Assembly: GCF_001194135.2 (NCBI RefSeq)
Contig: NC_068981.1
Span: 99,643,005-99,707,004 of the forward strand
From: Octopus bimaculoides
Taxonomy: Eukaryota
Length of the DNA stretch: 64,000 bases
Direction: 5' to 3'
The notes under the pieces were generated by a model. It did not search any database. It saw only the letters and a list, made by a program, of their open reading frames with translations, and was not told the DNA's origin. The position numbers and the translations under genes were made by a program. Positions 12,621-23,038 of the stretch are shown one piece after another. Each line of letters opens with the position of its first letter. Positions within the stretch are counted from its first letter, which is position 1.

Positions 12621-13613
12621 AAAATAAATATATACTAAAAATAAATAAATATATACTAAAAATAAAGATACAAATATACTGAAAATAGAATAAGTATATA
12701 TAGTGGGGAAAAAAGCAGCACATATCAAGCAGAGGTCAGTAATGCCTGTGCAGAGCTTTAGGTCCAATAAACTTGCATGACACCTCATAGACCCTCTCCA
12801 CTCTATTGACATTATCCAGAGACAAGCCAGAGCGAGATGTCTGGTGCCAATATGCGTTGCAGGTTCAGGAATGTGGGAGCACCATGATTTATAGCACAAA
12901 CCAAAGATTCCCAAAATGTCAAATGCCATTCCCTGCATATCTGGTTTTATATCAGAGTGACGTTCTCCTAAAAACATGCTTCAGCAGAAGCTGAGGAGTG
13001 CCTTACTCCCAGTGGTCTTCTAGCATGCCAGGCACCATACTGGAATTTTTGCGTACCTGTGCTATTACTGGATAGCCGTTGAGCCTGCACTAGGTTCATC
13101 CAACCTTTCAACAGGTCTTGTTTTTAATCCTGCTGGGTTTCTAGCAACTCTCCTCACCAGGGTAGCCTGAAAGGGGTGCCGGTTTAGTCACTAACAACCC
13201 GGCCATGCAACAGGTTGAACTGGATTCCATGTTACCAATGGAACTTACGAGAGCCTGACACACAATATACATACATACATGCATGCATACATACGTACAT
13301 ACATACACATAGATATATATGTATCTATTTATCTATCTATCTATACACACACATGCAGACATCAGGAAAGAGAAATAAAATACAATTTAAAAAATTAAGA
13401 TATCTACTTCAGTCTGTGGGCTTTGGCCATGCCTGAGCACTGCCACAATAAGTGTGTGTATATATATATATATATATNNNNNNNNNNNNNNNNNNNNNNN
13501 NNNNNNNNNNNNNNNNNNNNNNNNNNNNNNNNNNNNNNNNNNNNNNNNNNNNNNNNNNNNNNNNNNNNNNNNNNNNNNNNNNNNNNNNNNNNNNNNNNNN
13601 NNNNNNNNNACAC

Positions 13614-13651
<38 letters not shown>

Positions 13652-13653
<2 letters not shown>

Positions 13654-14040
13654 CATCATCATCATCAACGTCGTCGTTTAACATCTGTTTTCCATGCTGC
13701 CATGGGTTAGATGATTTGACAGGAGCTGGCCAACTGGGGAACTGTCCAGACTCCAAATTGTCTGTTTGTGACATGGTTTCTACAGCTGGAAGCCCTTCCT
13801 AATGCCAAACACTTTACAGAATATGCTACGTGCGTTTACGCAGCACTGGCATAGGTGCATTTTGTGTGGCACCAACACCTGTAAAGGACATGTCTGTGTG
13901 TATGGATGACTGATTTTACTTGGCTTGACATTTCTTCTCAAGTACAGCTATTTGCCATGACTCCCAGTACCTTGTTATTTCCTCAGTGGGGGCCAGCATC
14001 TGAAGATCCTTTCTCACCACTTTGTCCCATGTCTTCCAGG
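13652..14040 (-). mobile_element. RTE 3'-end fragment
   Basis: (CAT)n + tttaacatctgttttccatgc end shared with 8950, 22580 and 39705. The distal part encodes TWDKVVRKDL. Confidence 0.7.
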
Positions 14041-14048
14041 TGCACATG

Positions 14049-14200
14049 CATAGATGCAGCATATATACATATATATTATATAAATATGCATGCATGTGCA
14101 CTTACATGCTTAGATGCATGCATATATACATATATATATATTATATAAATATGCATGCATATACACTTACATGCATAGATATATAAATATATATATCTAT
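14049..14200. repeat. ~60-bp AT-rich minisatellite, about 2.5 copies
   Basis: Repeated catatatacatatatattatataaatatgcatgcat...cacttacatgc unit. Confidence 0.7.
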
Positions 14201-14866
14201 ATACATGTACACACTCATGTAACATGCACACATATACACCCATGCACATGTACAAACACACACACACAAATACACCCCTGAATTATCCCTCACACCCTCA
14301 CAAACCTGCACACAATATATCCCTGTTGAATCTCTTCTCCACAACACGCCCTTCTAACACTCCTCCCGCTACTCACAATATTCCTCTCTCCATCTTCCAC
14401 TCTCTTTTTGAATCTCACAAACCTACCCACCTGTTCAGCCTATCCAATTCCTTGTTCCACTTATAAAATACATCTCCCTGTAAATGCCCCCATACATTTT
14501 CACATATACATGCAGACAAACATACATAAGTGCTTGTGCATGCATATATGGAGAAATATATCCTTACAGGCAAGAATACACACACATACACACACACACA
14601 CACATGAATATATATACATACATAACATACGTAAATAATTATAAATAGGTGTGTACAAATACTCATATGTGCAAACATATGTACACGTACACACATATAA
14701 ATAAAAATAAAAGTGATGGATCCTGGATGGACCCACAAAAATGTGTATTAAATATATGTGTGTGTGTGTGTGTGCAAACATATATACATATATATACACA
14801 CACTAAAAACCCCTATCCATGTACATACATAAAAGAGTAAATGTAAATGCACATGTATGTCATATA

Positions 14867-15268
14867 TCTTTCATTTGTTTCAGTCTTAGACTGCAACTAT
14901 GCTGGGACACTGTCACAAAGGGCTTTGTCAAATAAATAGACCTCAAAACTTATTTTTTTTTAAAGCCTTGTACTTTTTCTATTCTCCTCCTTTTAGAAAC
15001 TGCTAAGTTACAGGGATATCAACAAACCAACACTGATTGTCAAGTGGTGTGGACAGAGAAGAAAAACATACACAAAGGCACACTCACCTAGTTGTATACA
15101 TATATATAAGACGAGCTTCTTTCAGTTTCCATCAACCAAATCCAGCCACAAAACTTAGGTTGGCCTGGGTCTGTAATAGAAGATACTTGCTCAAGGTGCC
15201 ATGCAGTGGAACTGGACCCAGAACCACATGGTTGGGGAGCAAGCCACCTACCATACATCCATGCCTGT
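14867..15268 (-). mobile_element. SINE family A
   Basis: Reverse complement of the family A head and tail. Confidence 0.8.
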
Positions 15269-15565
15269 GGCTATAATAATAATGCTTACATTATCGAACA
15301 TACATTACAGCTATTATTTTAATTGTGTATTCTGTAATGGGTTTTAAAAAAATAACACTATTCTCATGCTGAGAAACAAACCCAGGCTGCTGGGGTGGAA
15401 GCAAAGAATCCTAACTACCAGACCATATATATTATACATGTATACATACACACACATACATAGAAATACTTGCACATAAATACATGCACAAACGCATATA
15501 CACATGTATAGAGAGAAATGTGTACAAACATGCAGCATATAAATAAAAAATAAATATACATATAT

Positions 15566-15728
15566 AGGCGCAGGCATAGCTGTTTGGTAAGAAGCTTGCT
15601 TCCAAACTACATAGTTCTGGGTTTAGTCTCTCTGTGTGGTACCTTCGGCAAGTGTCTTCTGCTATAGCCTTGGGCTGACTAAAGTCTTGTGAGTGGATCT
15701 GTTAGACAGAAACTGAAAGAAACCTGTT
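15566..15728 (+). mobile_element. SINE family A, 5' half
   Basis: ggcgcaggcatagctgtttggtaagaagcttgcttcc...gaaactgaaagaa. Confidence 0.75.
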
Positions 15729-15767
<39 letters not shown>

Positions 15768-15785
15768 GCGTGTGTCTATATATAT

Positions 15786-16083
15786 AGACACAGGCATGGC
15801 TGTGTGGTAAGAAGTTTGCTTCCCAGCCACATGGTTCTGCGTTCAGTCCCTCTGCATGGCACCTTCAGCAAGTGTCTTCTACTATAACCTTGGGCTGATC
15901 AAAGCCTTGTGAATGGATTTAGTAGACGGAACTGAAAGAAGCCAGTCATATATATATATATTTATGTGTGTGTGTTTATCTCCACACCATCACTTGATAA
16001 CAGATGTTGGTGTGTTTACATTCCTGTAACAATGATTTGGCAAAAGAAACCAATAGAATAAGTACTAGGCTTACAAAGAATAA
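15786..16083 (+). mobile_element. SINE family A, 5' part (interrupted by the Penelope-like element; resumes at 17931-18015)
   Basis: Breaks off after ggcttacaaagaataa and resumes with gttctggagtcaatt...agcatggctgcattcaaataactgaaac after the insert. Confidence 0.8.
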
Positions 16084-16138
16084 CATTATTTACATTATTT
16101 ACATTTGACGGATATTTGTCCTCATCTTGTTTGTTGTT

Positions 16139-16184
16139 AACACAACGTTTCAGCTGATATACCCTCCAGCCTTCGTCAGGTGTC
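16139..16184 (-). ncRNA. Minimal type I hammerhead ribozyme motif
   Basis: GACAC-CTGACGA-A-GGCTGG(agggtata)TCAGCT-GAAA-CG-TT-GTGTT: stem I GACAC/GTGTT, 6-bp stem II with 2 wobbles, palindromic ACGT stem III, GUU triplet. Confidence 0.75.
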
Positions 16185-16266
16185 TTGGGGAAATTTTGAA
16201 CCTGGGTTCTCATTCCTAACGATGTTACTATTATTATATTATTGTTATTATTACTATTATTAATCA

Positions 16267-16339
16267 GGTCGCTGCCGTGAATCGAACTCGGAATCTTGGG
16301 GTTAGTAGCCCGCACTCTTAACCACTACGCCATATGCCC
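16267..16339 (-). ncRNA. tRNA-like Pol III head in the left terminal repeat (not a functional tRNA)
   Basis: GGGCATATGGCGTAGTGGTTAAGAGTGCGGGCTACTAACCCCAAGATTCCGAGTTCGATTCACGGCAGCGACC: A-box and B-box-like motifs, poor acceptor and anticodon stems. Confidence 0.7.
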
Positions 16340-16478
16340 ATGGGCAATTATGGAGTGAATTTTAGGGCTTATAAATCTATTATTTTTCTATCCTTCCTCA
16401 ATACCGGTTCCCATATGCTATTCATATCTGCACTTGGTCTGCTTAGGAGGTTGTTGTGTCCTAGCATATGTGAAAGCA

Positions 16479-17417
16479 GTGATTAATGTAAGTAGCCAAC
16501 GTCTGGAAGACTCCGAAGAAGCCGTACTAAACAAAGGTCTCAACTTTGCGACAACCATCAAGCGCATGCCATACTTGGACATAATAGCCCCTATTGAAGA
16601 GATAGCCGTAAAGATACCAAAAGCTCAGGGAGATGAACTAAGGTGGAAGGTGAGACAGGTACTGGAAAAAGCGAAACTTCCCAAACCAAACATCACTAAG
16701 GAAAAAAAGTTCGCTATTAAAAGGATACAAAGAGACAATTCCATCAAATTCTCCCAGCGGACAAGGGAAATGCTACAGTGGTGATGAACAAGTCTGACTA
16801 CTCCGAAAAATTGGCAAGTCTTATAAGTGATGGTAGCTACAGTAGAGTAAAGAAAGACCCAACTCTGAAAACAGAGAGGAAGTTGTCACAGATCTTGATC
16901 AAGAACAAGGATCACTTCACACCAATGAAGTACAGACAGCTGACTCAACACTACAGTAAACTACCACACATGTACGGTCTCCCTAAGATTCACAAGAAAG
17001 GTATTCCACTATATCGCAAGCCAACCTTCACTGGGCGATACCTTAACTTCAATTCCCATCATCCATACAGTGTAAAGAGAGGAATTGCTCAGTGCCTAAA
17101 ACGTCGAGCAAAGAATATAAGTAGCGATCGTGATACCCACCACGAAGAAATGATCAAGCTCAGTAACAATCTATTAAGAAACAACTACCCCAAGAACATA
17201 CTATCTACTCCAATTATGAAGAAAAGAGAGGATGAAACCAATAAACTGTCCACAGTCTGTCTACCCTATGTGAAAGGCCTCTCCGAAAAGATACAAAAGA
17301 TATGCAGCCCATATGACATCAGGGCAGTATTCAAGAGCAATACAACACTTCGCAAATATCTCCTTCAGGTAAAACCACCAACAGAAGAGAATATGACCAA
17401 AAACTGCGTGTACTCCA
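16479..17417 (+). pseudogene. Penelope RT/GIY-YIG polyprotein remnant
   Basis: VLNKGLNFA, (-1 frameshift ~16748) ILPADKGNATVVM, YGLPKIHK.GIPL fused to YRKPTFTGRYLNFNSHHP, LPYVKGLSE, KNCVYS leading into the N gap. These are typical PLE motifs. Confidence 0.9.
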
Positions 17418-17649
17418 NNNNNNNNNNNNNNNNNNNNNNNNNNNNNNNNNNNNNNNNNNNNNNNNNNNNNNNNNNNNNNNNNNNNNNNNNNNNNNNNNNN
17501 NNNNNNNNNNNNNNNNNNNNNNNNNNNNNNNNNNNNNNNNNNNNNNNNNNNNNNNNNNNNNNNNNNNNNNNNNNNNNNNNNNNNNNNNNNNNNNNNNNNN
17601 NNNNNNNNNNNNNNNNNNNNNNNNNNNNNNNNNNNNNNTAATTGCCCAC

Positions 17650-17722
17650 GGGCATATGGCGTAGTGGTTAAGAGCGCAGGCTACTAACCCCAAGATTCCG
17701 AGTTCGATTCACGGCAGCGACC
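17650..17722 (+). ncRNA. tRNA-like Pol III head in the right terminal repeat
   Basis: A-box TGGCGTAGTGG 17657-17667, B-box-like GAGTTCGATTC 17700-17710, 73 nt span. Confidence 0.7.
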
Positions 17723-17795
17723 TGATTAATAATAGTAATAATATAATAATAGTAACATCATTAGGAATGAGAACCCAGGTTCAAAATTTCCCCAA

Positions 17796-17836
17796 GACAC
17801 CTGACGAAGGCTGGAGGGTATATCAGCTGAAACGTT
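17796..17836 (+). ncRNA. Hammerhead motif copy lacking the stem I 3' strand
   Basis: Same core as 16139-16184, but GAAACGTT is followed directly by AACAAC (GTGTT missing). Confidence 0.6.
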
Positions 17837-18107
17837 AACAACAAACAAGATGAGGACAAATATCTGTCAAATGTAAATATTGTAAATAATTCTTCATCTC
17901 TTAAATATAGAACTGTATTATAAAGAATAAGTTCTGGAGTCAATTTCTTCAACTAAAAAAAAAAGAGCTTAAAGGCAATGCTCAAGCATGGCTGCATTCA
18001 AATAACTGAAACATGCAAAACATATAAACATACATATATACATGCAAATAAGACATGTACATAAGCACACATATACAAGGATATAAATACAAATTTATGC
18101 AGATGTG

Positions 18108-19285
18108 TCAGGCTGAGTAAAAAGTAAGCAATGTTTTGAAACATGAAATTTATCACAATATATTTCAAAAATGCAGAAATTTTACTCATCAAAGTAAGTA
18201 CTTTTACTATCAACACATTTTTGCCAACGAGTTACAAGTTTGTTTATTCCAGTAACATAAAAATCTGGAATTCTGGAGCTGATGAACACTTTGAATGCAC
18301 TTTCAGCATCAGTTTGATTTTTGAACTCATTCTCTTGCAAGAAACCATCAAGGTGCTTGAAAAAGTGGTAGTCGGTAGGTGGAAGGTCTGGGGAATAAAC
18401 TGGATGGGGAAGAACTTTGTAGCCAAGATCTCTCAACTTCTGGAGCATCATTAGAGAAATGTGTGGTTGAATATTGTCGTGAAAAATGATTGGCCCTATT
18501 CTGTTAACCAATCTGGGACGGAGGAGTAGCAGTTTTTCGTTCATTTTGGCAATTTCTTGGCAATATGTTTCTACAGTAATGAGTTTTAAGAAGTTATAGT
18601 GGATGAGTCCAGCAGTACACCACCAAACTGCAATCATAACCTTCTTTTTGAAGAGTTTGGGTTTAAGGAAGGTTTTTGGTGCTTCATTTTCATCCAACTT
18701 CTGTGAAGAACGTTTATTATTGTGCAGAATCCTCTTTTCATTGCAAGTTACAATATGGTTGACAAATGGATCAGTCTAGTTATGGAGAAGAAGCAACAAG
18801 CAAATTTCATATCTGTGCATTTTCTGATTTTCATTCAAATCATGTGGTATCCATTTGTCGAGCTTTTTTGATTTTCCACTCGCATGCAAATGGTTGCAGG
18901 CAGTTTTCTGGCTAACTTGAAGTTCTTTTGCCAGTTCGAGTGGCTTTACATGGATCTTTCTCAATGATGGTCTTTAGTTGACTGTCATCAATGACAGATA
19001 GGCGTCAACTATGCTCATGATCTTCATGGTTCAGGTCTCCACTGCAAAACTGCTTAAACCATTTTCAAGCTGACCACTCACTGGTCATTTTCTCACCAAA
19101 TGTTTCATTGATATTGCAAGCAGTTTCAGCTGCTTTATGTCCTTTTTTGAAGTTGAGTAGCAAAATTGCTTGAATACTGTGCTTTGACACTTCCATTTCA
19201 AATGATTGTAACAACGGTGGAAAAAATATCAATGTTAATTTATTGATACATTTGGGCAAGTCTATGTCTGTATTATCAGAGAATT

Positions 19286-19319
<34 letters not shown>

Positions 19320-19402
19320 TTTAAAAGTAATTCAAAACTCTGCAAAAATCTGGTACAAATTCTTTATGGTTCAAAATGTTGCTTACTTTTTACTCAACCT
19401 GA
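18108..19402 (-). mobile_element. Near full-length mariner element (~1.3 kb)
   Basis: TIR tcaggctgagtaaaaagtaagcaatgttttgaa and its inverse ending ...actcaacctga followed by TA. Confidence 0.92.
18182..19196 (-). pseudogene. Mariner (D,D34D) transposase, disrupted
   Basis: MEVSKHSIQAILLLNFKKG...; KKLDKWIPHDL; IFHDNIQPH...YSPDLPPTDYHFF...RWQKCVDSKSTYFDE. Split by stops and frameshifts. Confidence 0.9.
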
Positions 19403-19792
19403 TATATACACATATATTTTTATATACAACTGTATATATACATTTACTCACATACATAAATATGACATACACATGCATAAGTAAACATAAACACACACAC
19501 AAATATATAGAAGCATATATAAACACAACAAATGGATATCATCATCATTTAGTGTCCAATTTTTTTCCAAGCTGGCATGGGTCAGACAGAATTTGTTGAA
19601 GCAGATTTTTTAGAGCTAGATGCCCTTGCTGTTATCAACCCTCACCTGTTTCTAAGCTAAGTGATATTCCCTATGGACAGATATTTTTTTTTACAGAAAT
19701 GAATAGCATCACTTGTTTGATAGTGACGTTTGATTACAACTGTCACATGATATCAAGACAGGGGTAAACACATATTAATACTAACATTAATA

Positions 19793-20145
19793 TCTTTTAT
19801 CTTTTACTTGTTTAAGTCGTTTGACAAATCATTCCCAGAACTTATTTTTCTTTAAAGTCTGGTTCTCTTTCTATTGGTCTTTTTTGCTTAACTGCTAAGT
19901 TATGGGCATGTAACACACCAGCCCTGGTTGTCAAGCAGTGGTGGGGGATAAACTCAAACATAAAGATACATACATACACACAATGGGCTTTTTGTTTACA
20001 GTTTCTATCAACCAAATCCACTCACAAGGTTTTGGTCAGCTTGAGGATACAGTAGAAGACACCTGTCCAAGGTGTCACACAGTGGAACTGAACCCAGAAC
20101 CATGCAGTTAGGAAGCAAGTTTCTCACCACCTGGCCATGCCTGTA
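19793..20145 (-). mobile_element. SINE family A
   Basis: Reverse-complement match to the family consensus seen in the window. Confidence 0.75.
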
Positions 20146-20163
20146 TATACACACACACACACA

Positions 20164-20296
20164 CAAATGAATAATAACAGACACTGGATAATTGTCAGCT
20201 CATTACAGCTGTTTCTTATGTATTTTTAATAGAAAAAGGCATAAGAAACAGCTATAATGAGCTGACAATTATCTATCATCTGTTATTATTCATTTG
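20164..20296. repeat. 133-nt near-perfect hairpin
   Basis: 57-nt arms 20164-20220 and 20240-20296 (caaatgaataataacaga..ggataattgtcagctcatta.agctgtttcttatg and inverse), 19-nt loop. Confidence 0.9.
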
Positions 20297-20546
20297 ATTA
20301 TAATATACCAAGTGGATTTACAACTTGTCGGATACCCTAGAGTATACCAACAACGTACAATTCAACGTAATGCATGCTTTGGACCAGCCCCTTAGATGCT
20401 AAATACTCATAGGGTTAGTTTTCTCTGTGTACATAACTGGAATATCCAATTTGATTCTTACCAATCGTAGGCCAGAACCACAGGTTTATCCAACCCTACC
20501 TGGTGCATATCTTTTCAAGTACTTGATTCTATCTGAATCTTTATTT

Positions 20547-20584
<38 letters not shown>

Positions 20585-21282
20585 NNNNNNNNNNNNNNNN
20601 NNNNNNNNNNNNNNNNNNNNNNNNNNNNNNNNNNNNNNNNNNNNNNNNNNNNNNNNNNNNNNNNNNNNNNNNNNNNNNNNNNNNNNNNNNNNNNNNNNNN
20701 NNNNNNNNNNNNNNNNNNNNNNNNNNNNNNNNNNNNNNNNNNNNNNNNNNNNNNNNNNNNNNNNNNNNNNNNNNNNNNNNNNNNNNNNNNNNNNNNNNNN
20801 NNNNNNNNNNNNNNNNNNNNNNNNNNNNNNNNNNNNNNNNNNNNNNNNNNNNNNNNNNNNNNNNNNNNNNNNNNNNNNNNNNNNNNNNNNNNNNNNNNNN
20901 NNNNNNNNNNNNNNNNNNNNNNNNNNNNNNNNNNNNNNNNNNNNNNNNNNNNNNNNNNNNNNNNNNNNNNNNNNNNNNNNNNNNNNNNNNNNNNNNNNNN
21001 NNNNNNNNNNNNNNNNNNNNNNNNNNNNNNNNNNNNNNNNNNNNNNNNNNNNNNNNNNNNNNNNNNNNNNNNNNNNNNNNNNNNNNNNNNNNNNNNNNNN
21101 NNNNNNNNNNNNNNNNNNNNNNNNNNNNNNNNNNNNNNNNNNNNNNNNNNNNNNNNNNNNNNNNNNNNNNNNNNNNNNNNNNNNNNNNNNNNNNNNNNNN
21201 NNNNNNNNNNNNNNNNNNNNNNNNNNNNNNNNNNNNNNNNNNNNNNNNNNNNNNNNNNNNNNNNNNNNNNNNNNNNNNNNNN
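20585..21282. other. Largest assembly gap (others: 8329-8338, 13478-13609, 17418-17638, 22954-22963, 26266-26275, 29988-30122, 54561-55132)
   Basis: Runs of N, mostly next to microsatellites or repeats. Confidence 0.99.
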
Positions 21283-21360
21283 TACTTGCTTAAGTTATGG
21301 AGTAGGACTGAACCTGAGATCATGTAGTTGGGTAGCATATTTTGTAACAACATAGCTATG

Positions 21361-21395
<35 letters not shown>

Positions 21396-21435
21396 CACAC
21401 ACTCATATTAGCAATGGAAGGAGTATTAATACTGA

Positions 21436-22115
21436 ATAGCAATCTTTATGTTCTACTCAATATGGATATCCTGTTAAAATGCCAAATACTCCAGTATCTG
21501 TCCTGATAGAACCTCTCATGCAGATGCAAATCATCTGGTATGGGTGTGGGAACATCCAGATCATGTGATTTCAGCATACTGCACTTCCTCAGTGACAGGT
21601 ACATGCTCACTGCTTACCAGAAACAACTCACTGTCATGGTAAACAGAATAACAATAGCTGAAAAGCCATTGATGCTGTAAACAGCCAAGAAGCTTACTAA
21701 AAAAATATTAGTGACAGAAGCAGTATTAATATCAAATAGCAATCTTCATATCCTACTCAGTGTAGATGTATTGTTAGAGTAGAATATAAAGATTGCCATT
21801 CAGTATTAATGCTGCTTCTGTTGCTAATATTTATTTTATATAAGCCTTCTGGCTATTTGTGACATCAGTAGTTGAAAAGCTACTGTTATTCTATATATTG
21901 TTGACAGTATTTGGCTAGTATGTGGCGAGCAGGCACTTGTCACTGAGGAAGTGCAGTATAATGAGGAGCTCATATCAGACAAATTCTTGTCTGCTAACAA
22001 TATATGTGTGATCTTAGCATCATGTGTCTGTATGAGAGGTTCTCTCAGGATGAATGCCACAATATTCAGCATTCTAACAATATATGTACATTGAGTAGGA
22101 TATAAAGATTGTTAT
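21436..22115. repeat. ~680-bp foldback element with internally repeated modules
   Basis: Symmetric inverted matches about ~21775: aatctttatgttctactcaat, agaacctctcatgcaga, atactgcacttcctcagtgaca, aatattagtgacagaagcagtattaat and their reverse complements. Confidence 0.85.
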
Positions 22116-22120
22116 ATATA

Positions 22121-22345
22121 TTCTTTTATTTGTTTCAGTCATTTGATTGTGGTCATGCTGGAGCACCATCTTGAGTCAAACAAATCGACCCCAGAACTTA
22201 TTCTTTGTAAGCCTAGTACTTTTTCTATCGGTCTCTTTTGTGAACCACTAAGTTGCAGCAGGGATGTAAACACATCAACATCAGTTGTCAAGCGATGGTG
22301 GGGAGGCAAACACAGACACACAAATACACACATATATATATAAAT

Positions 22346-22400
<55 letters not shown>

Positions 22401-22552
22401 AATATATAAGATGGGCTTTTTAAAGTTTCTGTCTACCAAATCCACTCACAAGGCTTTGATTGGCCTGAGGCTATAGTAGAAGACACTTCCCCAAGGTGTC
22501 ATACAGTAAAACTGAACCCAGAACCATGTGGTTGGGAAGCAAGCTTCTTACA
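22121..22552 (-). mobile_element. SINE family A
   Basis: Full tail and most of the head in reverse complement. Confidence 0.8.
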
Positions 22553-22579
22553 CACACACACACATTATATATAATATAT

Positions 22580-23038
22580 ATCATCATCATTATCATTTAA
22601 CATCTGTTGTCCATGCTGGCATGGGTTGGACGGTGGGTTAGTAAACTGGAAGGTTGCACCAGACTCCAGTCTGATTTGGCATGGTTTTCTATGGCTGGAT
22701 GCCCTTCCTAATGCCAACCACTCCGAGAGTGTAATGGGTACTTTTACGTGCTATTTGCATGACATCGGTATCTGCTATGACTGTGATTTTGCTCGGCTTG
22801 ATGGGTCTTCTTCTCAAGTACAACATAATGCCAAAGGTCTCAGTCATTGCCTCTGTGAGGCCCAACACTTGAATGGAACTCAACTACTTGGCCTCTGTGA
22901 GGCCCAACATTCAAAATGAAATCAGCCATTTTGCCTCCATGAGGCCCAATGCTNNNNNNNNNNGAGGCCCAATGCTCAAAAGGAACTCAGCCACTTTGCT
23001 TCCGTGAGGCTCAACACCTGAAAGGAACTCAGCCATTG
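22580..23038 (-). mobile_element. RTE 3' end ending in a 42-bp minisatellite (22849-23038)
   Basis: (CAT)n tail. Units start at 22849, 22891 and 22933 (gcctctgtgaggcccaa...) and continue after a 10-N gap. LGLTEAMT matches the RTE C-terminus. Confidence 0.8.

Larger units (their letters stand above)
16084..17921 (+). mobile_element. Penelope-like element, non-autonomous, with an inverted 3' copy at its left end
   Basis: PLE ORF remnants inside. 16084-16350 is the reverse complement of 17639-17890. AAAGAATAA is duplicated at 16075-16083 and 17922-17930. Confidence 0.9.

Noticed and set aside
17650-17722. Possible genuine tRNA-Ser(ACT) gene
   Set aside because: Acceptor and anticodon stems pair poorly and it is embedded in a PLE repeat; treated as a tRNA-derived head.
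22849-23038. Regular 42-bp repeat superficially like a CRISPR array
   Set aside because: Eukaryotic context, no unique spacers, no cas genes; derived from RTE sequence.
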